A DNA stretch of 47,832 bases from Candidatus Methylomirabilia bacterium (GCA_046758965.1 JBHIBG010000013.1:1-47832); one strand, 5' to 3'. Positions 17,379 to 26,630 are shown, counted from the stretch's first letter. Notes: generated by a model not told the origin, from the sequence alone. Program-made: numbers and translations.

Positions 17379-19100
17379 CTACTGAAGCTTGACCTCTTCG
17401 GAAAAGACGGTGAAGCCCGACCGCTCTGTCGCCGCCAGAGCGTGCTCGAGCTGATGCCTGCCGCGGGCAGCTTGTGGAATGACGGCCTTGAAGAATCGGG
17501 TGTAAAAGTGATCGGGCTCCACCACTACCCGAGCCCGGAGCCTCAACCTGGGGCGGTCCATCACCCGGGCGTACTTGATAGTGAAGCTCGCGGTGGGAGG
17601 CAGCCGCGTGTCGTAGAGCTCTTGAGAGAGGTTGAGGGTCGCTTCGCGCCCGATGATGGCCTCCTCGCCGCTCCCCGGGAGCGTCCGGCCCCGGGCATCG
17701 ACCAGCTCCATCCTGAGGAACAGTTTCGGGGTCAGATAGGTGGGAACGTAGTGGCCGGCGCCGCTGTTCGTCACCGACAGGGTGGCCTCCACCTGCTCTC
17801 CGACCCGATAGCGAGGCTTGGAGAGCGCGAGGTCCACCGTGAGGGCTGACTTCACCATCTCCGGGTCGTGGATCCCACGCCAGAGATGGCGCCGATCCGG
17901 CATGTGGCAATCCTGGCAGTGGATCCCTCGAGCGGCGTAGGGGCTGGCCTTCCATTCCTCGTAGGTGTTCTCCAGGAGCTTGCCGTTGAGAGCGAAGCCG
18001 TCCGGGCCGAACTGGTGGCAGCTCTTGCAGAACTCCGATCGAAGAAAAGCGGGCGTCCGGGTGACCCCGTTGTGGGGAAGCTGATCGCGCGGGGCGGACG
18101 AGCTGAGCGCGCCGTCTCGCCTGGGAGGGCCGAACCGCTCCCATCCCCTGACATGGCAGGCCGCACAGGTGAGCCCCTGCCGCTGAAGCGCCCGGGAGAA
18201 GGCCGGGTTCTTCACAACGCTGATCTGCCCGGCGGGCCCGCTGCTGTCCACCAGTTCGTGCTGCTCAGCCAGGGGAGCATGGCAGGACTGGCAGAGGCCG
18301 GCCTCTCCGGGGTCCATGTCCACGAGCTGGCCCATCGTCCCCGGGCCCATGGCCCGGGCGTGGAAACTCGTCTTCCAGTCGGCGAGCTGGGCCGGATGGC
18401 AGACGCCGCACTCTTTGGGGTGCAAGGACGCCTCGAGGGGCGTGAACTTCCTCGGGGGAGGGCCCTGGGCCGGAACTGGTCGCGCCCAGTGTCTGTCGAG
18501 AAATTGCCGGATCGCGCGCTCGGCTGGATCCACCGCCACCTGAGCCTCCTGGGCAAGGGCCGCGGCGAGCTGGACGTTCAGAAGGGAGGCGAACAGGCGC
18601 TGGGCCGGAGGGCCGGACCAGTCCTTCGGCCCGATGACCCGCGCGATTATCCGCCCGCTCCGGTCGAGGACGAACGTTGTCGGAATGAACCGGATGCCGT
18701 AGCGCGCGCTGACCTTGCCGTCAGAATCCAGCAGGGTGGGGAAGGTCAGGCCGTGCTCTTCGACAAAGCCTTTCACCCGCCCCTTCGACTCCTCCATGTC
18801 CACCGCCAGGATCACCAGTCCCTTCGACCGGAACTGACTCCAGAGCCGCTCCATGGAGGGCATCTCCGCCCGGCACGCGGGACACCAGGTGGTCCAGAAG
18901 TTCAGGAAAACGATCTTCCCGCTGAAGTCGCTGAGGGCGGCTGTTCTCCCGTCCAGGGTCGAGAGCGTGAAGTCCGGTGCGGGGCTGGGCGGAGTAAGCC
19001 GTTGGAGTCCGAGGGGGGTGAAGAGATTCTCCCCCGCGGAGGCGGGCATGATCGCCGCCGCTGAGGCCAGGACAAGAGCTCGCCAGAAGTTCTCGGTCAC
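17379..19100 (-). CDS. Exported TlpA/redoxin domain fused to a pentaheme cytochrome c domain
   Basis: Signal peptide; APDFTL...FWTTWCPACRAEMP; five CxxCH (CGVCH, CQSCH, CAACH, CKSCH, CQDCH); GTG start overlaps the upstream stop. Confidence 0.88.
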   Translation of the reverse strand: MTENFWRALVLASAAAIMPASAGENLFTPLGLQRLTPPSPAPDFTLSTLDGRTAALSDFSGKIVFLNFWTTWCPACRAEMPSMERLWSQFRSKGLVILAVDMEESKGRVKGFVEEHGLTFPTLLDSDGKVSARYGIRFIPTTFVLDRSGRIIARVIGPKDWSGPPAQRLFASLLNVQLAAALAQEAQVAVDPAERAIRQFLDRHWARPVPAQGPPPRKFTPLEASLHPKECGVCHPAQLADWKTSFHARAMGPGTMGQLVDMDPGEAGLCQSCHAPLAEQHELVDSSGPAGQISVVKNPAFSRALQRQGLTCAACHVRGWERFGPPRRDGALSSSAPRDQLPHNGVTRTPAFLRSEFCKSCHQFGPDGFALNGKLLENTYEEWKASPYAARGIHCQDCHMPDRRHLWRGIHDPEMVKSALTVDLALSKPRYRVGEQVEATLSVTNSGAGHYVPTYLTPKLFLRMELVDARGRTLPGSGEEAIIGREATLNLSQELYDTRLPPTASFTIKYARVMDRPRLRLRARVVVEPDHFYTRFFKAVIPQAARGRHQLEHALAATERSGFTVFSEEVKLQ

Positions 19101-19495
19101 GGGACCTCTCCCCCAGAGGTAAACAAGACTCCGAGGAGGGCAATTCCCCACGCGGGCACGAGGGACGCCAGGCCTGCCGCCCAGTACCTCGTCCGGCGCT
19201 CGCGCGCATCCGACCCCCGGAGGCGCCTGACCGTGGCGTCCGTCACAATGACTCCGAGGAGAGCCGCGGCGGCCGAGGCGATCGGCCACACAGCCGCGGA
19301 CGCCTCCGGGAGCGTCTCAACCGCCCGTCCGAGCAGCGACAGGAACGCGATGAGCCACGCCGGCAAGAGGGCAATCACTCCCAGGAGCCAGTCCACCTCG
19401 GGCGGACGAGAAGATTGTCGGCGATCGAGCCACCTCACCCCGAGCCAGGTCCCGCCCACTCCAACCACGATGGCGAGGGCTGACCAGTGAATCAT
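19097..19495 (-). CDS. Small integral membrane protein (about 4 TM)
   Basis: ATG overlaps the mobA stop; four hydrophobic segments; 132 aa. Confidence 0.75.
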   Translation of the reverse strand: MIHWSALAIVVGVGGTWLGVRWLDRRQSSRPPEVDWLLGVIALLPAWLIAFLSLLGRAVETLPEASAAVWPIASAAAALLGVIVTDATVRRLRGSDARERRTRYWAAGLASLVPAWGIALLGVLFTSGGEVP

Positions 19496-20100
19496 CCGAG
19501 GTCCCCCTCCAGTTGGGCGAGCAGGCGGGAGGCACGGGCCAGCTCCTCGGGGGTGTTCACGTTCATGAAGCAGATCTCGGGATCGCGAAAGCGGAGCACC
19601 TCTTCCTCGGGGATCTCGCGGACGCGGACCCGGTCGAAGAAGCCGACAATCTTGAAGCGCTTGGCCACGAGCAGGGCCTCCATATGGGGGAGGCAGGCCT
19701 TGGCGTAAAGCGCGTGCATGGTCTCGAGCTGTCCTCCCACCTTGGGGATCACCACATCCGCCTCCTCGGCGCGGGAGACCAACAGCCGGATCACCTCGGG
19801 GTGGAGGAAGGGCATGTCGCAGGCCACCGTGAACGCGGCGTCGCCCTGCGCGACCTTGAGCCCGGAGTAGATGCCGCCGAGCGAGCCGTGGTCGGGAAAG
19901 ACGTCGGAGACCGTGGGAAGCCCGAGAAAGGCGTAGAGTTCCGGCGTGTTGGTCACGACCAGCAGGTCTGAGAAGACCGCGCTCAGGACGGTCACCACCC
20001 GCTCGATCATGCGGGTCCGGCCCAGGTAGCTCAGCGCTTTCGGATACCCGCCCATCCGGGTGCTTTTCCCACCCGCCTGGATGACGCCGGTGACGGTCAT
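19492..20100 (-). CDS. mobA: Molybdenum cofactor guanylyltransferase
   Basis: QAGGKSTRMG..KA, GSLGGIYSGL, VACDMPF, FMNVNTPEEL. Confidence 0.92.
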   Translation of the reverse strand: MTVTGVIQAGGKSTRMGGYPKALSYLGRTRMIERVVTVLSAVFSDLLVVTNTPELYAFLGLPTVSDVFPDHGSLGGIYSGLKVAQGDAAFTVACDMPFLHPEVIRLLVSRAEEADVVIPKVGGQLETMHALYAKACLPHMEALLVAKRFKIVGFFDRVRVREIPEEEVLRFRDPEICFMNVNTPEELARASRLLAQLEGDLG

Positions 20101-20723
20101 TGGGCGAGGGAGAGGTCAACAGCCCCCCTGCGGATGATGCGGGGGGCCGCCACGCTGACATCCACGATCGTGGAAGGCTGACCGCCCCGGGTCTCGCCCC
20201 CGTCCAAGATGAGGTCGATCATTCCGTCGAGCTGGGCCTTCACGCCCTCCGCGGCGGTCGGGGGCGCGCTCCCGCTCAGATTGGCGCTCGGCGCCGTGAC
20301 CGCGAGCGCGAAGACGCGCACCAGGCCGAGGGCTACCGGGTGCCCCGGCATTCTGATCCCGATCGTCCCCGTCCCGGCGGTGAGCTCGGAGGGGAGATCC
20401 GGCCTGGCCTTGAAGACCAGCGTGAGCGGTCCGGGCCAGTGGGCGGCCATCAAACGCCTGGCGAGCTCCGGGACCTCCAGGGCGAGTGACTCTACCATTG
20501 TGACGGAGTCAACCAGGACCAGGAGAGGCTTGGACTCAGGCCGTCCCTTCACCTGATAGACGCGTCCCACCGCCAGGCCATCCATCGCGTGGGCGCCCAG
20601 GCCATAGAAGGTCTCGGTGGGGAAGGCCACGAGCCCGCCTCGCCGGAGGAGGCCGGCGGCCTCCTGGAGCGCCGAGGCTTCGGGATTGGAGGGATCGACG
20701 GGTCGGACCCGGGTCGGGCTCAC
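20097..20723 (-). CDS. tsaC: L-threonylcarbamoyladenylate synthase (TsaC/YrdC)
   Basis: VAFPTETFYGLGA, KGRPESKP, WPGPLT, APSANLSG, PSTIVD. Confidence 0.93.
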   Translation of the reverse strand: MSPTRVRPVDPSNPEASALQEAAGLLRRGGLVAFPTETFYGLGAHAMDGLAVGRVYQVKGRPESKPLLVLVDSVTMVESLALEVPELARRLMAAHWPGPLTLVFKARPDLPSELTAGTGTIGIRMPGHPVALGLVRVFALAVTAPSANLSGSAPPTAAEGVKAQLDGMIDLILDGGETRGGQPSTIVDVSVAAPRIIRRGAVDLSLAQ

Positions 20724-21238
20724 GCCTTCTTCTTGAGCCGCGCAGCCACGCGGCTGGAACGTTCCTCCACCTCCTCCGCGAGGCTCGCGCGGAAGGCGGC
20801 CAGCCGCTTGCCAATCTCCCCGTCCGACAGAGCGAGGATCTGGGCAGCCAGGATCCCGGCGTTGACAGCCCCTCCCGGCCCGATCGCGACAGTCGCCACC
20901 GGCACCCCCTTCGGCATCTGAACCATTGAGAGGAGGGCGTCGAGACCGCCGAGCGGCGTGGAGGTAATGGGGACTCCGATCACCGGAAGGGTGGTCTCGG
21001 AGGCGAGGAAGCCCGGCAGGGCGGCGGCTCCCCCGGCCCCCGCGATCAACACCCTGACTCCCCTCGCTTCCGCCTGCTGCACGTACTTCCGGGTCCGTTC
21101 TGGGGTCCGATGCGCTGAGGCCACCACCACTTCGTGAGGGATCGCGAGCCGGTTCAGTATCCCGGCGGCTTCCTGGAGCACCGGGAGGTCCGAGTCGCTT
21201 CCCATCACGATCCCGACCAGCGGACGGTCTTTCGCCAT
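20720..21238 (-). CDS. purE: PurE (N5-CAIR mutase / AIR carboxylase)
   Basis: IVMGSDSDL, SAHRTP, TTLPVIGVP, VQMPKGVPVATVAI; ATG at 21238 with GGAG RBS. Confidence 0.96.
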   Translation of the reverse strand: MAKDRPLVGIVMGSDSDLPVLQEAAGILNRLAIPHEVVVASAHRTPERTRKYVQQAEARGVRVLIAGAGGAAALPGFLASETTLPVIGVPITSTPLGGLDALLSMVQMPKGVPVATVAIGPGGAVNAGILAAQILALSDGEIGKRLAAFRASLAEEVEERSSRVAARLKKKA

Positions 21239-21248
21239 CTCTCCCTCT

Positions 21249-22535
21249 CTACGCCTCTGCCGGACGCCGAAGCGCCTTCTTGCCGATGTCCTTCCGGTAG
21301 TGCATCGCCTCAAAGGAGATCTTCGACGCGGCCTCGTACGCCCGCTCGATGGCGGCGGGAATCCCTGGGCCGAGCGCTGTCACCCCGAAGACCCTCCCCC
21401 CGGCCGTGAGCAGCGCGCCATCATCTCGGAGCTTCGTCCCCGCGTGGAAGACGATCACGTCAGAAATCAGCTCGGCCTCCGGGACTCCGCTGATGGGTTT
21501 GTCGACTTCGTAACCCCCGGGATAGCCGCCGGAGGCGAGGACCACGCAGACCGCCGCATCAGGCCGCCAGCGAGTCGCCCGAGGCAGCTTCCCGCCTCGA
21601 GCGATCACGGCCAGGATCGGAAGAAGATCTTCGTCCAGGCGCGGGAGCACCACCTGGGCCTCGGGGTCGCCGAAGCGGCAGTTGAACTCTACCACCTTCG
21701 GTCCTTCCTTGGTGATCATCAGCCCGGCGTACAGCACACCCCGGAAGGGACGTCCTTCGGCGGCCATCGCCTGAACCGTCGGCAGAATGATCTTGGCTAA
21801 CACCTCCTCCTGAGCCTGCTCATCGAGGACCGACAGCGCGGAGTACGCGCCCATCCCGCCGGTGTTCGGCCCCTGGTCGTCGTCGAAGACCGCCTTGTGA
21901 TCCTGAGCTGCGGCGAGGGGGAGCACCTGTTCACCGTCGGTCAAGGCGAAGCACGAGACCTCCTCGCCCTCCATGAACGCCTCGATCACCACTCGCTCGC
22001 CGGAGGCCCCGAAGGCGCGCTCCTCGAGGCAGAGGGAGACCGCGCGGTCCGCCTCCTCCAGGCTCCGGCAGACCAGGGAGCCCTTGCCACCCGCGAGCCC
22101 GTCGGCCTTGACCACCAGGGGGGAGCCCAGCTCGCGGCAGAAGGCGCGCGCTGCCCTCGGATCCTGGAAGGTCCGAAAGCGCGCCGTGGGGATCCCGTGT
22201 CTGTCCATCAGCGCCTTGGCGAAGGCCTTTGAGGCCTCGAGCGCCGCGGCCGCCTTGGAAGGACCGAAGATCACATGCCCCTCGGCGGCGAAGGCGTCCA
22301 CCACCCCGCGCGAGAGTGGCTGCTCGGGACCTACGACCGTGAGGTCAATCTGTTCCTGCCGCACGAAGGCAATCAACTCCTCAACGGCGTCGGCCTTGAT
22401 AGGGATGCAACGGGCGTGACGGGCCATCCCCGGGTTGCCGGGCGCCGCGAAGAGCTCGGAGCAGTCACGGCTCCGTGCGAGCGTCCAGACGAGAGCGTGC
22501 TCGCGTCCCCCGCTCCCGATCACGAGCAGTTTCAT
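21249..22535 (-). CDS. purD: Phosphoribosylamine-glycine ligase
   Basis: LVIGSGGREHAL, VVKADGLAGGKG, QDHK, GPNTGGMGAY, EFNCRFGDPE. Confidence 0.98.
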   Translation of the reverse strand: MKLLVIGSGGREHALVWTLARSRDCSELFAAPGNPGMARHARCIPIKADAVEELIAFVRQEQIDLTVVGPEQPLSRGVVDAFAAEGHVIFGPSKAAAALEASKAFAKALMDRHGIPTARFRTFQDPRAARAFCRELGSPLVVKADGLAGGKGSLVCRSLEEADRAVSLCLEERAFGASGERVVIEAFMEGEEVSCFALTDGEQVLPLAAAQDHKAVFDDDQGPNTGGMGAYSALSVLDEQAQEEVLAKIILPTVQAMAAEGRPFRGVLYAGLMITKEGPKVVEFNCRFGDPEAQVVLPRLDEDLLPILAVIARGGKLPRATRWRPDAAVCVVLASGGYPGGYEVDKPISGVPEAELISDVIVFHAGTKLRDDGALLTAGGRVFGVTALGPGIPAAIERAYEAASKISFEAMHYRKDIGKKALRRPAEA

Positions 22536-22604
22536 CGGGAGAGCGCTCCACCGACACCGATGGGCTCGAGCGGAAAACCCTCGGACGAGCCCACCTGCGG
22601 CCGT

Positions 22605-23447
22605 TCAGGGATCCCCATCCAGCTCCCGGTAGCGGCGCCAGTGCTCCACGGCCTCCTCTCCCCGTCCCGCCCTGCCCAGGGCGCCCGCCAGGTTAAAGTG
22701 GGCATCGGCGTACTCAGGGTTGAGCTCCAGGGCCCGGCGGTACCAGCTCACGGCCTGGGACAGCTCACCCAGGTCCTCATGGAGCGACCCCAAGTTGTAG
22801 GCCGCCTGAAAGCAGCTGGCATCGCTCCCGAGGGCGCTCTGATAGCATTCGGCCGCGGCCTCGTGGCGGCCCAGTCGATGCTGGAGCAGACCCAGGTTGT
22901 TCCAGGCCGCCGCGTAGCTCGGATCGATGGCCACCGCGCGCGCGTAGGCTTCGACCGCCTCGTCCCAGCGGGCGGGGTCCTGGTCCAGCTCGGTTGCTCG
23001 GCAGAACCAGACCTCGGAGGCCTCGCTGGGGGCAACGAGCACCCGCACCATCCCCCTGGCCAGGGAGGCCCGCGCCTCCCGAGCCAGCTCTTCCACATCC
23101 AGCGCCATCACCGTCTGGCCTGTGCGCGGATCGAACCGGCTACGGTCGCGCTCGACAAGGACCTTCTGCCCGTCGATCACCAGCCGGATCTCGGCCAGAG
23201 GGAGTTCGGATTCGGGGAGCCACCGCTTCAGGTGCCCTACGGCCTGCCGAATCTGGCGGACCGTGGCACCCCGGTCCAGGAGGCCCGAGGCCACCCTGAG
23301 CCCGACCAGCTCCCTGAAGCGGTAGCCAACGCCGTCGGCCTTGAGGAGCCCGAGCCGCCTGAGTTGGGCAGCCCGCTTCGGGGTGAGTCGAAGGAGCCGG
23401 GCGACCTCCCGGTAGGACATCAGCCACCCGCCTCTCTCCATGCGCAT
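22605..23447 (-). CDS. MerR-like HTH plus tetratricopeptide repeat protein
   Basis: YREVARLLRL...YRFRELVGLR N-terminus; TPR units AWNNLG, AAYNLG, AHFNLA; alternative ATG at 23420. Confidence 0.8.
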   Translation of the reverse strand: MRMERGGWLMSYREVARLLRLTPKRAAQLRRLGLLKADGVGYRFRELVGLRVASGLLDRGATVRQIRQAVGHLKRWLPESELPLAEIRLVIDGQKVLVERDRSRFDPRTGQTVMALDVEELAREARASLARGMVRVLVAPSEASEVWFCRATELDQDPARWDEAVEAYARAVAIDPSYAAAWNNLGLLQHRLGRHEAAAECYQSALGSDASCFQAAYNLGSLHEDLGELSQAVSWYRRALELNPEYADAHFNLAGALGRAGRGEEAVEHWRRYRELDGDP

Positions 23448-23448
23448 C

Positions 23449-25047
23449 CTAATGGCGGAAGTGCCGGATCCCCGTCAGCACCATCGCCATCCCGTGCTCG
23501 TCAGCCGCCGCGATGACTTCAGCATCCCTCAGCGAGCCCCCCGGATGGATCACGGCGGTGGCCCCGGCGCTCGCGACGACGTCCAGGCCGTCACGGAACG
23601 GGAAGAAGGCATCCGAGGCGCAGACCGTTCCGGCGGTCTCGAGCCCCACCTCTCGCGCCCGCATCACCGCCAGCCTGCCCGAGTCCACCCGGTTCATCTG
23701 CCCCGCCCCCACGCCGATGAGCTGCTCCGCAGTGGCCAGGACGACGGCGTTGGACTTCACGTGCTTGGCTACCGTCCAGGCGAATCGAAGGGCGCGCCAC
23801 TCGTGCTCGCTGGGTTCGCGCTTCGAGACCACCCGGAGCCTGGCCTCATCAAGCGACCCGAGATCCCCCTCCTGGAGGAGCAGCCCGCCCAGGGCGCTCC
23901 GCACCTCCATGTGGGGGGTCGGGCGAGCGGCCCGGTCCGGGGGCAGCTCCATCACCCGGCACTTCTGCTTGGTCCGCCGGAGCTCGTCGAGGGCCTCCGG
24001 TAGGTAAGCCGGGGCGAAGAGGATTTCAACGAAGATTCCTGCCAGCTCTTTCACCACCGCCAGGTCCACGGGGCGGTTGACGCCGACGATCCCCCCGAAA
24101 ATGGAGACCGGATCCGAGGCCTTGGCAGTCCTCAGCGCCTCGCCGACCGAGCTCCCGAGCCCCACGCCGCAAGGGTTCGTGTGCTTGACCACGACCGCGG
24201 CGGGGAGATCGAATTCCAGGAGGAGGCTGAGCGCAGCCGAGAGGTCGAGAAAGTTGTTGTACGACAGCTCGGGTCCATGGAGCTGGCGGCCGGACACCAC
24301 CCCGGTCAACGGGCTCCCAACCGGACGATAGAGCGCCGCGGCCTGGTGCGGGTTCTCCCCGTAACGAAGCAGCTGAACCCGCTCGATCTCGAGACGAAGG
24401 ACAGGAGGAAACGGGAGGCCCTCGGGAGCGAGAGCCGCTCGGCCAACCACGCCGGGGTGCTTCAGGTAGGCGGCGATGGCAGCGTCGTACTGGGCGGTCC
24501 GCCGGAAGGCCTCCTGTGCCAAGCGGTAGAGGGTCTCTTTCGAGAGGACTCCCCCGCTCCCTTCGAGCTCGTCCAGGACCTCTCCGTACTGGCGCAGGTC
24601 GGTGACAACGGCCACGGCCTCCCAGTTCTTGGCCGCGGCGCGGATCAGGGTCGGACCGCCGATGTCAATCTGCTCGATCACCTGCTCCAGCGAGGCATCC
24701 CCCCTGGCCGAAGCCTGTTCGAACGGATAGAGGTTGACCGCCACCAGGTCGATAGGCTCGATCCCCTGCGCCCTGAGCTGGGCCAGGTGCTCCGGCTTGT
24801 CCCGCCGAGCCAGGATTGCTGCCTGGATCTTCGGGTGCAGGGTCTTCACCCGGCCGTCCAGCATCTCGGGAAACCCGGTCACCTCGGAGACGTCGATGAC
24901 TGTGACGCCCGAATCTCTGAGCAGCTTGGCGGTCCCGCCCGTGGAGAGAATCTCCACGCCGAGGCCTGCCAGGCCTTTGGCAAACTCCACCACCCCGCTC
25001 TTGTCGTGGACGCTGATCAACGCCCGCTCGGCCTTCAGCTCACCCAT
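23449..25047 (-). CDS. purH: Bifunctional AICAR transformylase/IMP cyclohydrolase
   Basis: ALISVHDK, STGGTA, GRVKTLHP, DIGGP, LRYGENPHQ, KHTNPCG, SDAFFPF, TGIRHFRH. Confidence 0.98.
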   Translation of the reverse strand: MGELKAERALISVHDKSGVVEFAKGLAGLGVEILSTGGTAKLLRDSGVTVIDVSEVTGFPEMLDGRVKTLHPKIQAAILARRDKPEHLAQLRAQGIEPIDLVAVNLYPFEQASARGDASLEQVIEQIDIGGPTLIRAAAKNWEAVAVVTDLRQYGEVLDELEGSGGVLSKETLYRLAQEAFRRTAQYDAAIAAYLKHPGVVGRAALAPEGLPFPPVLRLEIERVQLLRYGENPHQAAALYRPVGSPLTGVVSGRQLHGPELSYNNFLDLSAALSLLLEFDLPAAVVVKHTNPCGVGLGSSVGEALRTAKASDPVSIFGGIVGVNRPVDLAVVKELAGIFVEILFAPAYLPEALDELRRTKQKCRVMELPPDRAARPTPHMEVRSALGGLLLQEGDLGSLDEARLRVVSKREPSEHEWRALRFAWTVAKHVKSNAVVLATAEQLIGVGAGQMNRVDSGRLAVMRAREVGLETAGTVCASDAFFPFRDGLDVVASAGATAVIHPGGSLRDAEVIAAADEHGMAMVLTGIRHFRH

Positions 25048-25215
25048 TCGGGCAGTCCCTCCTGACCGGGAACTTCCTTCCAGGCGGACCCGGATCCGGA
25101 ATCTCCAGGGGCCCGAGCGCCGGCCTGTCTGGCAGCCACTCCTTCACAGGACCGGCCCGTCTCCTCGAGTGGGACACGTGTCAAAACCCTCTCGAGGCCG
25201 GTTCAAGATCCACCC

Positions 25216-25971
25216 CTACCGGCCCGGCCGGCGGCGCAGGAGAGCTTGGACGCCGAAGTAGGCCAAGGCATCCTTCATGTTCGAGACGAGCCGCTTGAAC
25301 CGGCCCATCTCCGGGTTGGTGACGTACTCCATGGTGAGGACCACGCGCTCCTCTCCCGCTCCGAGCGGTGTGACGCCATGCCAGAGCTTGTCACCGTTGA
25401 AGATCACCAGGGAACCGGGGCCGTAGGCGAGCCGGATCTCCTCCGTCTCTCGCTTCGGGTCGTCCTTGTAGAGCTGACAAACGAGTCGGCACGCCTCGCT
25501 CCTCTGGACCAGCCCGAGCAGAACGGTGTACCGGGCGCCCCTGTAGTAGGAGGTGTCGTAATGAAACCCCATGTGATCGCCGGGCTCGGTGTAGAAGTAG
25601 AGCGCGCACGCATGGGGGTCGTCATCCGGACACGGCACGACCCGGGCCTGCACGAGCCGGCTCAGGAAGTCAATGAAGGCGGGCGACCTGTAAAGCTCGA
25701 GAAAGAGCGGGGCCTTCTCGACGAGGGTGTAGAAGCTGATGCTCCCCCCCTTCTTGTGCCTCGGGATGTAGTTCCGGTGCACATTCGGCCGGAGCTTGTC
25801 GACCTCCGGGACCAGGTGGCGCTCCGCCACCTCGGGCGGCAGGAAGCCCTCGAGGTAGACACACTCGTTCTGCTCCCAATACACCCGACGCACCCGGTCG
25901 AACTCCAGCCGGGCCACGGCGTGCGCCACCGCCTCCGCCAACGGCTCTCCGCCGTTCTTCTCCTGAGTCAC
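25216..25971 (-). CDS. 2OG-Fe(II) oxygenase superfamily protein
   Basis: H-Y-D...H facial triad (GFHYDTS; LWHGVTP) followed by the 2OG-binding Arg (ERVVL); GTG overlaps the purN stop. Confidence 0.85.
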   Translation of the reverse strand: MTQEKNGGEPLAEAVAHAVARLEFDRVRRVYWEQNECVYLEGFLPPEVAERHLVPEVDKLRPNVHRNYIPRHKKGGSISFYTLVEKAPLFLELYRSPAFIDFLSRLVQARVVPCPDDDPHACALYFYTEPGDHMGFHYDTSYYRGARYTVLLGLVQRSEACRLVCQLYKDDPKRETEEIRLAYGPGSLVIFNGDKLWHGVTPLGAGEERVVLTMEYVTNPEMGRFKRLVSNMKDALAYFGVQALLRRRPGR

Positions 25972-26630
25972 TCGGACACCTCCCTCCTCGCCGGCTCCGG
26001 AGCCTCCCTGATGACCACCCGACGGCCGGAGAGCGTGAGACGCCCTTCGGCGAAGAGCTGGATGGCCCGCGGATAGATCCGGTGCTCCTCCTCGAGGATG
26101 CGAGCCGAGAGCGTCTCCTCCGTGTCATCGTCGCGGACGACAACCGCGACCTGCAGGATGATCGGGCCGGTATCCACCCCCTCATCCACGAAGTGGACCG
26201 TGGCGCCCGCCACCTTCACCCCGTGCTCCAGGGCATGGCGCTGGGCGTGAAGCCCGGGGAAGGCCGGAAGCAGCGCTGGGTGGATGTTCACGATCCGGTT
26301 CCGGTACGCTGCGATGAAGGCAGGCGTCAGAATCCGCATGAAGCCGGCCAGGCAGACCAAGTCTACACGATGCTCCCGAAGCAGATCCAGCAGAGCCTGA
26401 TGGAAAGCTTCCCGATCGGCATACGCCCTCGGATCCACGAACGCGGCCTTGATCCCGTGACGGCGAGCCCGCTCGAGGGCCTGAGCGTCCGGGCGGTCGG
26501 AGAGCAGAACGGCCACCTCCACATCGAGCCGGCCGGCCTCGATGGCATCGACAATGGCCTGGAAGTTGGACCCGCGCCCTGAGGCGAGCACCCCGATCCG
26601 AAGCGGTCCACCGGGCCTCACGCGCTCCAC
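25968..26630 (-). CDS. purN: Phosphoribosylglycinamide formyltransferase
   Basis: SGRGSNFQAI, LAGFMRIL, NIHPALLP, GATVHFVDEGVDTGPII; alternative GTG at 26621. Confidence 0.97.
   Translation of the reverse strand: MERVRPGGPLRIGVLASGRGSNFQAIVDAIEAGRLDVEVAVLLSDRPDAQALERARRHGIKAAFVDPRAYADREAFHQALLDLLREHRVDLVCLAGFMRILTPAFIAAYRNRIVNIHPALLPAFPGLHAQRHALEHGVKVAGATVHFVDEGVDTGPIILQVAVVVRDDDTEETLSARILEEEHRIYPRAIQLFAEGRLTLSGRRVVIREAPEPARREVSE

Noticed and set aside
17379..19100. Selenocysteine recoding in the redoxin domain
   Set aside because: Active site is encoded as plain WCPAC; no in-frame TGA
25216..25971. BesD/HalD-type halogenase call
   Set aside because: Iron ligand motif is H-Y-D, not H-x-G/A
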